A stretch of DNA of 64,000 bases from an uncultured Pelagibacteraceae bacterium (GTDB taxonomy: Bacteria > Pseudomonadota > Alphaproteobacteria > Pelagibacterales > Pelagibacteraceae), in NCBI GenBank assembly GCA_902575835.1, contig CACGSX010000001.1, positions 146,065 to 210,064 on the forward strand. Reading direction: 5' to 3'. Positions 10,017 to 20,395 of the stretch are shown piece by piece (position 1 is the first letter of the stretch; every line of letters begins with the position of its first letter). A program made the translations under genes and the position numbers. The notes under the pieces were generated by a model. The model saw nothing but the letters and a program-made list of their open reading frames with translations, was not told the origin of the DNA and ran no database searches.

Positions 10017-10970
10017 TCATGATTTTGCAAATAAATTAGTTAATTCATAAACAATTGTTGCTGCAGCTAGAGAGGTTACTTCTGCATGGTCATAAGCAGG
10101 CGCAACTTCAACTACATCTGCAGAAATCAAATTTAAACCTGATAAACCCCTGAGGACGTTTACCATTTCTCTTGTGGTCATTCCTGCAATTTCAGGTGTA
10201 CCTGTGCCTGGTGCAAATGCCGGATCTAATACATCAATATCAATGGACAAATATAATGCATTATCACCTACCCTTTTTTTTATTCTTTCAACAATTTTAT
10301 CAATTCCTTCTGTTTGAAATTCATCACAATGAATAATTTTAAATCCAAAGCTTTCATCATTTTTTATATCATCACTGCTATAAAGTGGACCTCTTATACC
10401 TACATGCATAGAGGCGTCATCTAAAAATAAATTTTCCTCGCGAGCTCTTCTAAATGGAGTGCCGTGCGTATATGGTGCTCCAAAGTATGTATCCCAAGTA
10501 TCTAAATGGGCATCAAAATGAACAAGTGATACGGGTCCATTATTCTTTTTATTGGCTGCTCTAAGCAAAGGCACAGCAATTGTGTGATCTCCTCCAAGGC
10601 TTATTATTCCTCCAACCTTATTTAATAAATCGGTTGCTCCTACTTCGATTTGTTTGATAGCTTCATCAATATTAAATGGATTGCAAGTAATGTCACCTGC
10701 ATCTGCAACTTGTTGTACTTTGAATGGTTCTACGTCATAATTAGGATGATAATTTGTCCTTAAATGTCTAGATGCTTGTCTAATACTTTGTGGGCCAAAT
10801 CTTGCACCTGGTCTATAACTTGTTCCTGAATCAAATGGAACTCCGACAATAGCAACATCACAACTTTCTACATCTCTTAGCTCAGGTAATCTTGCAAATG
10901 TAGAAGGGCCCGCATATCTTGGCACTTCTGTGCCACTAACAGGCTGAATAGGTTTTTTAGACTTTGTCAT
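10017..10970 (-). CDS. speB: Ureohydrolase of the agmatinase/guanidinobutyrase subgroup
   Basis: GGDHT, DAHLD, SIDIDVLDP, PGTGTP, VEVAP Mn-binding motifs; substrate uncertain. Confidence 0.8.
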   Translation of the reverse strand: MTKSKKPIQPVSGTEVPRYAGPSTFARLPELRDVESCDVAIVGVPFDSGTSYRPGARFGPQSIRQASRHLRTNYHPNYDVEPFKVQQVADAGDITCNPFNIDEAIKQIEVGATDLLNKVGGIISLGGDHTIAVPLLRAANKKNNGPVSLVHFDAHLDTWDTYFGAPYTHGTPFRRAREENLFLDDASMHVGIRGPLYSSDDIKNDESFGFKIIHCDEFQTEGIDKIVERIKKRVGDNALYLSIDIDVLDPAFAPGTGTPEIAGMTTREMVNVLRGLSGLNLISADVVEVAPAYDHAEVTSLAAATIVYELTNLFAKS

Positions 10971-11101
10971 TTTAGTAATAAGAATATTATTAAAATGATC
11001 CAGAAAAAGGGATAATAGAAATAAATGTATTTTTTTGCAAACATCTTAGGCACTGACTCATGATCTCTATTAATATTTTTTTTTCTTTTTCTTTTTTTCA
11101 T
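10967..11101 (-). CDS. Uncalled 44-aa small membrane protein, translationally coupled to the ureohydrolase
   Basis: My translation: MKKRKRKKNINRDHESVPKMFAKKYIYFYYPFFWIILIIFLLLK*. Basic N-terminus plus C-terminal hydrophobic helix. The TGA overlaps the ureohydrolase ATG (ATGA). It fills most of an unusually long spacer. Confidence 0.6.
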   Translation of the reverse strand: MKKRKRKKNINRDHESVPKMFAKKYIYFYYPFFWIILIIFLLLK

Positions 11102-11154
11102 TAAATAAATCCTATCACATTCATATTATATCTAATATCATCAAAATTATTAAA

Positions 11155-11886
11155 ATGAGATATATTATATTAATATTTATATTATTTTTTAAATTTTCAT
11201 ATGTAAATGCAGATGCAATATATAATTTAATTAAAATCCCAAATTTAGAAGTTCATAAAGTTGATGATGTTAATGGTATCAAATATTTGGTATCTAAAAG
11301 AGGTTTTGTAATTGGTGATACAAATAATATTAAATGTAACGGAATAAATAATAGTGATTTGGATCGTGAATTTAATACAATTCAAAATAATCTGAGAGAT
11401 TATAACTCAAATTTCTTAAGGAAAATAAATTTGAAATTTGTAGTTCTTTGCAAAAACTTAGAAATTTCAGGCATTAATACAGGAGGTATACCAGATAATA
11501 AATTCAGGACTTTAATTTTAGACTTAACATTTAACCGAAATTATTTTGAAAGAATGATCCATCATGAAATATTTCATATGATTGATAACAGTTTTCCTGA
11601 GCTTTTTAAAAAAAATAAGTGGAGCAAACTTAATAATAAAGATTTTTCTTACGCATCATGTTCTACATGCACTGATTTACTAGGTTTGGATTTAGAAATT
11701 ACGAAAGGCTTTTTAACAGAATATTCAATGAGCACAGCTGAAGAAGACATGGCTGAAATTTATTCATTATTAAAAACAAACTTTAAAGAAATAGATTTAT
11801 TAATTAAAAAAGATAATATTTTAACTAAGAAAAAAAATTTCCTAATTAAAGGTCTTAAAGAAATAGATGAAAAGTTTATTTTTTGA
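11155..11886 (+). CDS. Secreted putative zinc metallopeptidase (zincin-like)
   Basis: Signal peptide, HHEIFH (HExxH) and downstream EDMAE. Confidence 0.65.
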   Translation: MRYIILIFILFFKFSYVNADAIYNLIKIPNLEVHKVDDVNGIKYLVSKRGFVIGDTNNIKCNGINNSDLDREFNTIQNNLRDYNSNFLRKINLKFVVLCKNLEISGINTGGIPDNKFRTLILDLTFNRNYFERMIHHEIFHMIDNSFPELFKKNKWSKLNNKDFSYASCSTCTDLLGLDLEITKGFLTEYSMSTAEEDMAEIYSLLKTNFKEIDLLIKKDNILTKKKNFLIKGLKEIDEKFIF

Positions 11887-12534
11887 ATGATAAAAAAAAT
11901 TAAACCATCGCTATATGAAAAAATATTATTTATTTTTCTGATTCTGCTTATTATTTTAACTTTAGGTTCATTTTATATTTTAAATAATAAATGTCTTTTT
12001 GTAAAAAAAATCGATTTAAATAACATTGATTTTAAAGATAAGCAGAATATTGCAATTATGGAAGTTGAATGCGGTAACGTTCTAATAGAATTAGATCCCA
12101 AAATTGCACCTAAAGCTGTAAATCGATTTAAGAATTTAATAAATAGAGGTTCCTATAATGGTTCAACTTTTTATCGAGTAATAGAAAATACTTTAATACA
12201 AGCTGGAGATATTGAATATGGAAATGTATCTAATCTAAATTATTCTAAAGTAGGAACTGGAAAGTCTGGTTTAGGAACAATTAAATCTGAGCTTAATGGT
12301 AATTTTTTATTTAATGCTGGCTCTGTGGCTTTTGCTAGGAAAGATCAATTCGACACAGAAGACAGTGAATTTTTTATTACTTTAATAGATATACCAATAT
12401 ATCAAGGTGAATATACTCCAATTGGAAGAGTAATTGCAGGGATGGACTCTTTAAAAAAAATTAAAGTGGGAAATAAATCAACTTATGTATTAAAACCTGA
12501 TTATATTAAAAAAATAAAGTTATTAGTTAACTAG
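11887..12534 (+). CDS. Membrane-anchored cyclophilin-type peptidyl-prolyl isomerase
   Basis: APKAVNRF, FYRVI, QAGD, SEFFITL, YTPIGRVIAGM; N-terminal TM. Confidence 0.85.
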   Translation: MIKKIKPSLYEKILFIFLILLIILTLGSFYILNNKCLFVKKIDLNNIDFKDKQNIAIMEVECGNVLIELDPKIAPKAVNRFKNLINRGSYNGSTFYRVIENTLIQAGDIEYGNVSNLNYSKVGTGKSGLGTIKSELNGNFLFNAGSVAFARKDQFDTEDSEFFITLIDIPIYQGEYTPIGRVIAGMDSLKKIKVGNKSTYVLKPDYIKKIKLLVN

Positions 12535-14745
12535 AGGTTTACCAGTAGATAATGTGTGTTTAATTCTATCTTGGGTTTTACTTGTCTCAATTAATTTCAT
12601 GAAAGCATCTAACTCTAATTTAAACAACTGATCTTCTGTAAGAGTTTTATCTATAGTTGTATCACCACCACTTAAAACATTTGCTAGCTCTGTTCCAACC
12701 ATCATTCCATGATCTAATATAATTTTATCGTTATACAGTTTTTCTAACAAACCAACCATTTTGTCTTTTAAAGATTTACCAGATAAATTAAATGTGCATT
12801 CTTCAGGAGGAGTAAATTCCTTATTTTGATCCAAAATTTTTCTTGCTTCATTTAATAGACTATTTCTGCTCATAATTTTTTTATTTTCAGGGATTAAGTA
12901 CTTTAGAGGTTCAGCTTCGACTGGGGATGTTGCGGTTTTTGCATAACCAATGATATCAAAAACTTTTAAAGGCGCAAAATCTGGATCATTTTTTGCCTCT
13001 TCTGTTTGAGACCATCTCCATAACATTTCTTTACATCCTCCTCCGGCTGGAACTAAACCAACCAATGTTTCAACTAATCCAACAACAATATTTGTATGCG
13101 AAGCAACAAAGTTACTTTGGACTAAAACTTCAAAACCCCCTCCAAGTGTAAGACCTGATGGTGCTGAAACGACTGGAAATTTTGAGTATTTTAAGTGTTT
13201 GCATGTTTCTTGAAAATAACCGACAAACTTTTCTATTGATTTAAAGTCACCTTTATCTGCAAAATTCATAGTATATGTTAAATTAACACCAGCAGAAAAC
13301 TGCATACTTTCATTAATAATTATCAATGGTTTGTCTGTAGCGTTTTTTAAAGAGTCCATTGAGTCGTAATCCAAAGCGTTTGCTTTAGTTGTAAATTCGA
13401 CAATGTTAAATTCAGGAAATCTGTAAATTTCAGCAGAATTATTTTTATCAAGTTTAAGGGCTCTTGGTTTAATTTTTCCTAAAGTTTCAATTTCAGTATA
13501 TTGTTGTCTCTCACCATAAAAATTTTCATCTTTGGATTTTGATAAATTTTCTAAAAATTTATTTCCCTCAAAATTATCGATTTTTTGAAAAAAATTATTT
13601 ACTCCAATTTCTTTTAACATTTCAAAAGGCCCTCTAGACCAATTGAAACCAAGTCTCATTGCTTCATCGATGTCGTTAAACTTATCTGTAATACCTGGAA
13701 CTAATGAAGAAGAATATTTTATTATTTTAGAAATTACTGACCAAGCATAATCTCCATATTTATCTCCACGATTAATTAATTTTTTTAAATCGACTTTTTC
13801 AGATTTAATATCTATTTTTTTTGAGGGAGAATATTCCCCAGTTTCAAGATTGATGGCCTCTAAAATTTTCTTACCACCCTCCTTATTCATTCTATAAAAT
13901 CCACCTTTTCCTTTTCTACCAGTATATCCAGTTTCTATTAATTTTTTTACTAGCGGCATTTCTCTTGCTACAGGTTGAAATGGATCGCTTTCAGGTAATT
14001 CTTTAATAAAACTTTTTAATACATCTGCCATTAAATCAATACCAATTAGGTCATACAATCCAAATACTCCAGTTTTAGGTATACCCATTGGTCTGCCAAA
14101 AACAGCATCAGCCTCTTCTACACTGAGTTTCATATTAAATGCCTCTGTCATTGCAATTTGCATTGCATAAACTCCAATTCTATTGCCTAAAAATCCTGGG
14201 GTGTCATTACAGATAATTGCACCTTTACCTAAGTCTATTTCGCAAAAATCTTTTAAAAGTTTAACTTTATCTAAATCACTTTCATTACTTTTTACTATTT
14301 CTAGTAAATCCATGTATCTAACAGGATTAAAGAAGTGAGTTATGCAGAAATCCTTTTTGTCTTGATCTGATAATTTTTCTGATAGAACACTTATTGGAAT
14401 AGATGAGGTATTAGATGAAACAACAGACTCTTTTTTTCTATGCTTAAATATTTTTTCGTAAATATTATGTTTGATATCTATTCTTTCTACAACAGCTTCT
14501 ACAATCCAATCTGCATTCGAAACCACATCAAAGTTTACCTCAATGTTTCCTACATTTATATTATCTAATTTTGATTTATCTATTAACAAAGGAGGTCTAG
14601 ATTTTCCTATTCTCTCTTTAGCCTTTTGACTAATTTCTGTAGTTAAATCCAACAAAGTAACAGGAACATTTGCGTTACACAAATGTGCAGCTATACCGCT
14701 ACCCATTGTTCCAGAACCGATTACAACTACATTATTTATTTTCAT
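12523..14745 (-). CDS. 3-hydroxyacyl-CoA dehydrogenase / enoyl-CoA hydratase (FadN-type domain order)
   Basis: GSGTMGSGIA, EAVVE, SNTSS, HFFNP, DTPGFLGNR; C-terminal crotonase FSAGVNL, GGGFE, GLVPAGGG. Confidence 0.9.
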   Translation of the reverse strand: MKINNVVVIGSGTMGSGIAAHLCNANVPVTLLDLTTEISQKAKERIGKSRPPLLIDKSKLDNINVGNIEVNFDVVSNADWIVEAVVERIDIKHNIYEKIFKHRKKESVVSSNTSSIPISVLSEKLSDQDKKDFCITHFFNPVRYMDLLEIVKSNESDLDKVKLLKDFCEIDLGKGAIICNDTPGFLGNRIGVYAMQIAMTEAFNMKLSVEEADAVFGRPMGIPKTGVFGLYDLIGIDLMADVLKSFIKELPESDPFQPVAREMPLVKKLIETGYTGRKGKGGFYRMNKEGGKKILEAINLETGEYSPSKKIDIKSEKVDLKKLINRGDKYGDYAWSVISKIIKYSSSLVPGITDKFNDIDEAMRLGFNWSRGPFEMLKEIGVNNFFQKIDNFEGNKFLENLSKSKDENFYGERQQYTEIETLGKIKPRALKLDKNNSAEIYRFPEFNIVEFTTKANALDYDSMDSLKNATDKPLIIINESMQFSAGVNLTYTMNFADKGDFKSIEKFVGYFQETCKHLKYSKFPVVSAPSGLTLGGGFEVLVQSNFVASHTNIVVGLVETLVGLVPAGGGCKEMLWRWSQTEEAKNDPDFAPLKVFDIIGYAKTATSPVEAEPLKYLIPENKKIMSRNSLLNEARKILDQNKEFTPPEECTFNLSGKSLKDKMVGLLEKLYNDKIILDHGMMVGTELANVLSGGDTTIDKTLTEDQLFKLELDAFMKLIETSKTQDRIKHTLSTGKPLVN

Positions 14746-14802
14746 AAAGAAGTTTTCTTATATTAAATTGAGACTGAGTAGGAAATAAAATAAATGTCAT
14801 AA

Positions 14803-16830
14803 CTACTGCTGTAAACTTGCTAATTCTTCAATATTAATATGACATCTAATAGCATTACCATTTTCACCTATTTGCCATGGTGGAACCTCTGAATTACAAA
14901 TATCACCTATTTTCCTAGGGCATCTTCCTTGAAAAGAACAGCCTTTCTCAGGGGGTTTTTCTTCTACTATATCCTCGGCTACTAATTTTGGTTTTATATC
15001 TGGATCTGGTTCCAAAACAGCACCTAATAATACTTCAGTATAAGGATGTGATGGAAATTTGTAAACATTTTGAGAAGGACCAATTTCACATAACCTTCCT
15101 TGATATAAAACTGCAACTCTATCACTAATTGCTCTAACAACAGCCAAATCATGAGAAACAAAAACGTAGGTTGTTCCTAGATCTTCTTTTAATTGTTGCA
15201 ATAAGTTTAAAACAGCTGCTTGAACAGAAACATCTAAAGCTGATGTAACCTCATCACACAAAATTATATCTGGCTTAGCAGCAAATGCTCTTGCAACTGC
15301 AACTCTTTGTTTCTCACCACCTGATAATTGTCTAGGATATCTTGACATATAAAATTCTCCTAACCTTACTTTTTTTAGTAAATCGATTATATTTTTTTTT
15401 AATTCTTCTCCTGATAAATTAAAATACAACTTTAGAGGTTGAGAAAGTATTTGCTCAACTGTGTGGTTTGGATTTAATGACTCGTCTGGGTTTTGAAATA
15501 TAAGTTGTATTGCCCGCAGATCATTTGGATTTCTCATTTTTAAATCAGAAGATAAAATACGATCATTTTCAAATTTAATTTGACCATCTTTTGTTTTGAG
15601 TAAGCCAGCAATTGATTTTAAGATGGTAGACTTACCACTTCCTGATTCACCAACCAGGGCAATAGTTTCTCCTTTTTTTATATCTATATTTATATCTTTA
15701 ACTGTTGGGTTCTGATCAGAAATTTTATTTAATAATTGATCGAAAAATTTCTGCTTTGCATAACTAATTGAAACATCCTTTAATTTTAAAACTTCATTTG
15801 CTTCACTATTATTTGTTTTTTTTGTTATTGAAGTTTGTAGATTATTATTTTGGTTTATTAATTCTTTATAATTAAAACATCTGACATTGGTATCTAATTC
15901 TTTAATATGTTCCAGATCTGGTGAATTTTTTTTACAATTATCATTTGCTAAATTACATCTATCATAAAAACTACAACCTTCATTTATGCTTCCAGGCTGA
16001 GGTTGGCTTCCAGGCATAGAAGCTGGAAGTCCAGCTAGTGAAAGTTTAGGTATCGATTTTAACAATCCATAAGTATAAGGATGAATAGGTTCCTTTAATA
16101 TTTTTCTTGCTGGTCCTTCTAAAACAATTTCTCCAGCATACATTACAACTATTCTATCGCTGACTTGTGCTATGGCTCCTAGGTCATGACTAACATAGAT
16201 CATAGATGTTCCAGTATCTTTTGCTATAAATCTTAATAGTTCTAATACATGAGCTTGTGTTGTAACGTCTAATCCAGTAGTTGGCTCATCTAATAAAAGT
16301 AAATCTGGTTTACCAGCCAATGCCATTGCAACAGCCACTCTTTGTTGCTGCCCTCCAGAAAGCTCGTGAGGATAACGAAAAGCCATAGTTTCTGGTGAAG
16401 GAAGTCTAACTTTATTTAGTAACTCAGAAATTTTTTTATCTCTCTCTGTTTTTTTTAGATCTGTATGTAATCTTAATGCTTCATCAATTTGGTATCCAAT
16501 TTTTAAATTTGGTGTTAGTGCTTGTCCTGCATTTTGTGGTATCATGGCTATTTTTCTACCTCTAATTTTTTCAAGCTGTCTACTGCTCATCTTCAATAAA
16601 TCCTCAGATTTAAAGAGGCATTCACCCTTAAGATGAAATAAGCCTTGTTTTATATAGCCCATCATAGCAAGTGCTAATGTGCTTTTTCCAGAACCCGACT
16701 CCCCTACAATCCCTACAGTCTCTCCTTTTTTTATATTGGTTGAAACATTTCTGAGTATTGAAATTTGTTTGCCCTTCTGACTGTTAAATCCAATTGATAA
16801 ATTTTTAACGCTTTCAATTATTTCATTCAT
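14803..16830 (-). CDS. Dpp/Opp-type ABC ATPase, fused DppD+DppF
   Basis: Two GESGSGKS Walker A, two LSGG signatures, HPYT and C-x-F-x-x-R-C tails. Confidence 0.93.
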   Translation of the reverse strand: MNEIIESVKNLSIGFNSQKGKQISILRNVSTNIKKGETVGIVGESGSGKSTLALAMMGYIKQGLFHLKGECLFKSEDLLKMSSRQLEKIRGRKIAMIPQNAGQALTPNLKIGYQIDEALRLHTDLKKTERDKKISELLNKVRLPSPETMAFRYPHELSGGQQQRVAVAMALAGKPDLLLLDEPTTGLDVTTQAHVLELLRFIAKDTGTSMIYVSHDLGAIAQVSDRIVVMYAGEIVLEGPARKILKEPIHPYTYGLLKSIPKLSLAGLPASMPGSQPQPGSINEGCSFYDRCNLANDNCKKNSPDLEHIKELDTNVRCFNYKELINQNNNLQTSITKKTNNSEANEVLKLKDVSISYAKQKFFDQLLNKISDQNPTVKDINIDIKKGETIALVGESGSGKSTILKSIAGLLKTKDGQIKFENDRILSSDLKMRNPNDLRAIQLIFQNPDESLNPNHTVEQILSQPLKLYFNLSGEELKKNIIDLLKKVRLGEFYMSRYPRQLSGGEKQRVAVARAFAAKPDIILCDEVTSALDVSVQAAVLNLLQQLKEDLGTTYVFVSHDLAVVRAISDRVAVLYQGRLCEIGPSQNVYKFPSHPYTEVLLGAVLEPDPDIKPKLVAEDIVEEKPPEKGCSFQGRCPRKIGDICNSEVPPWQIGENGNAIRCHINIEELASLQQ

Positions 16831-17724
16831 TTAAACAGGTGCCTTTGTTGAACGATCAATTCCTAAAGCTTTTGCAAATGCATCAGCAGTTAAATTTATT
16901 CCAATTATTAACGAACTTAATCCTACTATCGGAGCAATTACAGACCAATATGCAAACGACATCAATCCTCTGGCATTGGAGATCATTAAGCCCCAATCGG
17001 GTGTTGGAGGGCTTACACCAAAACCTAAGAATGACAACGAGCTAAATCCTAACAACATCCAAGACCATCTCATTGCTCCTTCTACTAATATAGCATCTCT
17101 AACATTTGGAATAATTTCATTCCATATAATAGACATGTTGCTATGACCTCTAGCTCTAGCTGAAACTATAAAGTCTTTAGCAATAACATCGTGAGTAGCA
17201 GCTCTAGCAACTCTTACTATTCCTTTACCATAAAAAAAACCAAGTGCGGGAATTAAAACTTCTGTTGATGTTCCTAAAAGAGAAACAATTAATAGCATTG
17301 CAAGTATCCAAGGAATAGAGAGAAACGCATCAACAACTCTCATTACAACATCGTCAATTTTACCTCCAACTAAACCACAAAAAATTCCAAGTAAACCTCC
17401 CCACAGAAGAGCTATCAGTGATCCGAAGAAAGTTACAGTAAGAGCTGTTCTCCCTCCAAGTATTGTCCTTGTAAAAACATCTCTACCCAAGCTATCTGTT
17501 CCAAACCAATGCTCGGCTGAAGGTGCAAGTAACATGGTATTTGGGCTAATTGCTTTATAATCGTATGGTGCAATGTAAGGGCTAGTTAATGCTAAGACTA
17601 CATGAAATAAAACAATTGTAAGTCCAATTAATCCAGAAGGCTTGGAGGCCATAGTTTTTAAAATTTCAAAAGCCTTTTCTAGCTTATTTTTTTGTTTATC
17701 TTCTGTAATTAAATTATTCTCCAT
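16831..17724 (-). CDS. Dpp/Opp ABC permease (DppC-like)
   Basis: HWFGTDSLGRD, EAA-like loop (SARARG), LSFLGFGV..PTPDWG. Confidence 0.92.
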   Translation of the reverse strand: MENNLITEDKQKNKLEKAFEILKTMASKPSGLIGLTIVLFHVVLALTSPYIAPYDYKAISPNTMLLAPSAEHWFGTDSLGRDVFTRTILGGRTALTVTFFGSLIALLWGGLLGIFCGLVGGKIDDVVMRVVDAFLSIPWILAMLLIVSLLGTSTEVLIPALGFFYGKGIVRVARAATHDVIAKDFIVSARARGHSNMSIIWNEIIPNVRDAILVEGAMRWSWMLLGFSSLSFLGFGVSPPTPDWGLMISNARGLMSFAYWSVIAPIVGLSSLIIGINLTADAFAKALGIDRSTKAPV

Positions 17725-17725
17725 T

Positions 17726-18682
17726 TTATTTTCTTATCTGTAAACTTTTTAATCTTGGATTAAGCATAAGTGTCATTAAATCTGCTATTAAATTTATTCC
17801 CACATATATTGATGCCAATATTATTGCTAATGCTTGAACAACAGGTAAATCTCTATTTGATATAGACTCAATTACCAGTCTGCCTAAACCTGGATAATTA
17901 AAAACAACTTCTGTAACAACAACACCACCTAGCAACCAAGCAATTGTTAACGCCACTACATTTATTGCTGGTAATAATGCATTTGGCAGTACATGTCTAA
18001 ATACCATTTTCCAATATGGGACACCTTTTAAAATTGCCATTTGCACATAATCACTAGCCATTACTTGAATTACACTTGAACGTACCATTCTTGCCATGTG
18101 TGCGGTCATAATCATTGAAATTGCAACAACAGGCAAAATTATATTTGAGAGTAATTCATAAAAAGTTGCATCCGATGGTATAATCACAATGCCTGGTAGC
18201 CAACCAAGCCAAATTGCAACAATTAAAATAAGTAAAGTAGCACTGATAAACTCGGGAATAGTCATTGAAAAAATTGTGATAGCTGAGATCATAATATCTG
18301 GAAGCTTATCTCTCCAAAGAGCAGTTATTATTCCTAATACGATTGCTAAAGGAATTCCTATAAGTATTGAAACAGAGGCTAAAACTAATGAGTTTTTAAC
18401 TCTTGGACCCAGTACTTCATTAATTGGCATTTCTCCACTTAAAGAGTAACCAAAATCACCTCTTACAACATTTGATGCCCAGTCCAAATATCTTTCATCA
18501 GCAGGAATATCTAGACCAAGTCTTTTTATGCAAGCATCAAGAGCTGCTCCATAAGCTTCTCTTTCTAAATATGTTGTGCATGCATCCCCAGGTAAAACTT
18601 CAACACCTACAAATGTAATCAATGAAACTATAAATAAAGTGATAAGCCCTAGTCCAATTCTTTTTAAAATTAATAAAAGCAT
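17726..18682 (-). CDS. Dpp/Opp ABC permease (DppB-like)
   Basis: LPGD, GDFGYS, DYVQMAILKG, HVLPNA, EVVFNYPGLG. Confidence 0.92.
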   Translation of the reverse strand: MLLLILKRIGLGLITLFIVSLITFVGVEVLPGDACTTYLEREAYGAALDACIKRLGLDIPADERYLDWASNVVRGDFGYSLSGEMPINEVLGPRVKNSLVLASVSILIGIPLAIVLGIITALWRDKLPDIMISAITIFSMTIPEFISATLLILIVAIWLGWLPGIVIIPSDATFYELLSNIILPVVAISMIMTAHMARMVRSSVIQVMASDYVQMAILKGVPYWKMVFRHVLPNALLPAINVVALTIAWLLGGVVVTEVVFNYPGLGRLVIESISNRDLPVVQALAIILASIYVGINLIADLMTLMLNPRLKSLQIRK

Positions 18683-18729
18683 AAGATTAACTAGAACTTT
18701 GTAACAAAAATAATTTAAATAGAAATAGA

Positions 18730-18757
18730 ATAAAGGCCGCTTATATGCGGCCTTTAT
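18730..18757 (-). terminator. Stem-loop between the SBP and permease genes (terminator or mRNA stabiliser)
   Basis: ataaaggccgc-ttatat-gcggcctttat, 11-bp perfect inverted repeat 10 nt after the SBP stop. Confidence 0.75.
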
Positions 18758-18767
18758 CTAAATACTT

Positions 18768-20255
18768 TTAGTCAACTTTAACTTTATGCCACTGTATAGA
18801 AAAGTGATCTACAGCATCAAGGTTTTTAACTTTTGATGAAGTAACTACAAGTCTAGATACGTGGTATGGAATCATTGTTCCACTTTGTTCCCATAAAGTC
18901 ATTTGAGCATTTTGATATGCTTTCTTTCTTTTATTGAAATCCAACTCACTTCTAGCATCAGCTAAGTTTTTATCAAAGTCAGCATTTTTGAAGTAAGACT
19001 CATTCCATTTAGCTCCACTATGATAAGCTTCATGCAAGATTGTGTCTGCTGGTCTTTGGTTCCAACGTGTCATTGAAACTGGTTTTTTCATCCATACTTC
19101 ATTCCAATAACCTTTAGATGGTACCATTTCTATATTAACTTTAATTCCAGCTTTTGCAACTTGCTGCTGAACGACTTCTGCAATCGTAGGCCAAGTTGGT
19201 TCTAAAGTTGCTGGATAAACAGTCAATTCAATTCCATTTGGAAATCCCGCTTCTCTTAGTAAATTTTTTGCTTTACTAATATTTTGAGGACAATCCATTT
19301 GTAAACGATATTGATCAGAAGGCATTACAGGTGTATCACAAGATACAGTTGCTGCTCCACCCATAACTAGATCTACAAGTTCTTGTCTATCAACTGCTAA
19401 CCTAAAAGCTTTTCTCACTTTAGGATTATCAAATGGAGCAGTATCAGTTCTCATAACCACACCTCTCCAGTTTCCAGTTGGAATTACAGACGTTGTAAAT
19501 TTAGAATTACTGTCAAATATCTTTTTTTGATTGAAAGGAACATATCTATTCATATCAATTTGACCCGTTAAAAGAGCTTGAATTCTTGCTTGAGCATCTG
19601 GTATCGCAATGACATGAACTTCCGCAACTCCTGGTGCACCTTCCCAGTAATCTGGGTTAGCTTTTAGAATTGTAGTTCCTTCTGGATCAAATTTATCAAC
19701 CATGAATGGTCCAGTACCAACTCCAGTTTGTCCAATAGTATCTCCTGATCCTTCAGGTATCATTCTTAATCTGTAGTCTGTTAATAATAACGGAAAGTCA
19801 GCAAATGAAGTTGATAACTTCATTTTAACAGTATGCTGATCAACTACCTCAATATCTTCAACTACATTTAAACTTTTTCTTACCGGAGATCCAATATCAG
19901 GATCTTTAGCTCTCATTAGAGAATATTTTACATCTGGGGCATCAAATGCTGATCCATCATGGAAATATATTCCTTTTCTTAAATTAAATGTCCATTCAGT
20001 TGCATCAGAATTAGCACTCCAATCTGTTGATAATGAAGGTGATGGAACACCATTCATATCAGGTCTTACTAATCTATTTTGTGTTTTGATGACAACTTGA
20101 AACAAACGCCCCTTTGTTATGGCATCTAAGTTAGTATCTTTTCCAAATCCAAGATCATGTGATACTTTAAATACTCCACTTGATGCATTGGCAATAGAAA
20201 AAGATAATATCAGAGACATAAAAGTCGCTGAAAAAACTTTAAGTATGTATTTCAT
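18768..20255 (-). CDS. Family 5 (DppA/OppA/NikA) substrate-binding protein
   Basis: Signal peptide, WTFNLRKGIYFHDG, GTGPF, PFDNPKVRKA; SD-like AGAGGGA upstream. Confidence 0.92.
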   Translation of the reverse strand: MKYILKVFSATFMSLILSFSIANASSGVFKVSHDLGFGKDTNLDAITKGRLFQVVIKTQNRLVRPDMNGVPSPSLSTDWSANSDATEWTFNLRKGIYFHDGSAFDAPDVKYSLMRAKDPDIGSPVRKSLNVVEDIEVVDQHTVKMKLSTSFADFPLLLTDYRLRMIPEGSGDTIGQTGVGTGPFMVDKFDPEGTTILKANPDYWEGAPGVAEVHVIAIPDAQARIQALLTGQIDMNRYVPFNQKKIFDSNSKFTTSVIPTGNWRGVVMRTDTAPFDNPKVRKAFRLAVDRQELVDLVMGGAATVSCDTPVMPSDQYRLQMDCPQNISKAKNLLREAGFPNGIELTVYPATLEPTWPTIAEVVQQQVAKAGIKVNIEMVPSKGYWNEVWMKKPVSMTRWNQRPADTILHEAYHSGAKWNESYFKNADFDKNLADARSELDFNKRKKAYQNAQMTLWEQSGTMIPYHVSRLVVTSSKVKNLDAVDHFSIQWHKVKVD

Positions 20256-20395
20256 AAGTTCCCTCTTTTTCTTTAGTTGTTTAAATAATTAAAAAGATAA
20301 CAATTCCAGAACTAGATAACAACATGCAAAATGTAGTGATTCATCTACTAATTGAATAGATATTTTAATTAATATACACTTTTTCTAAATTATAA

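Noticed and set aside
10971-11154. Guanidine riboswitch upstream of the ureohydrolase
   Set aside because: No ACGR tandem hairpins or ykkC-like GC-rich core; the space is better explained by the 44-aa ORF.
20256-20395. Glycine or SAM-V riboswitch upstream of the GcvT-like gene or the HMT genes
   Set aside because: The spacer is AT-rich with no recognisable aptamer core, and both HMT genes overlap their upstream genes, leaving no leader.
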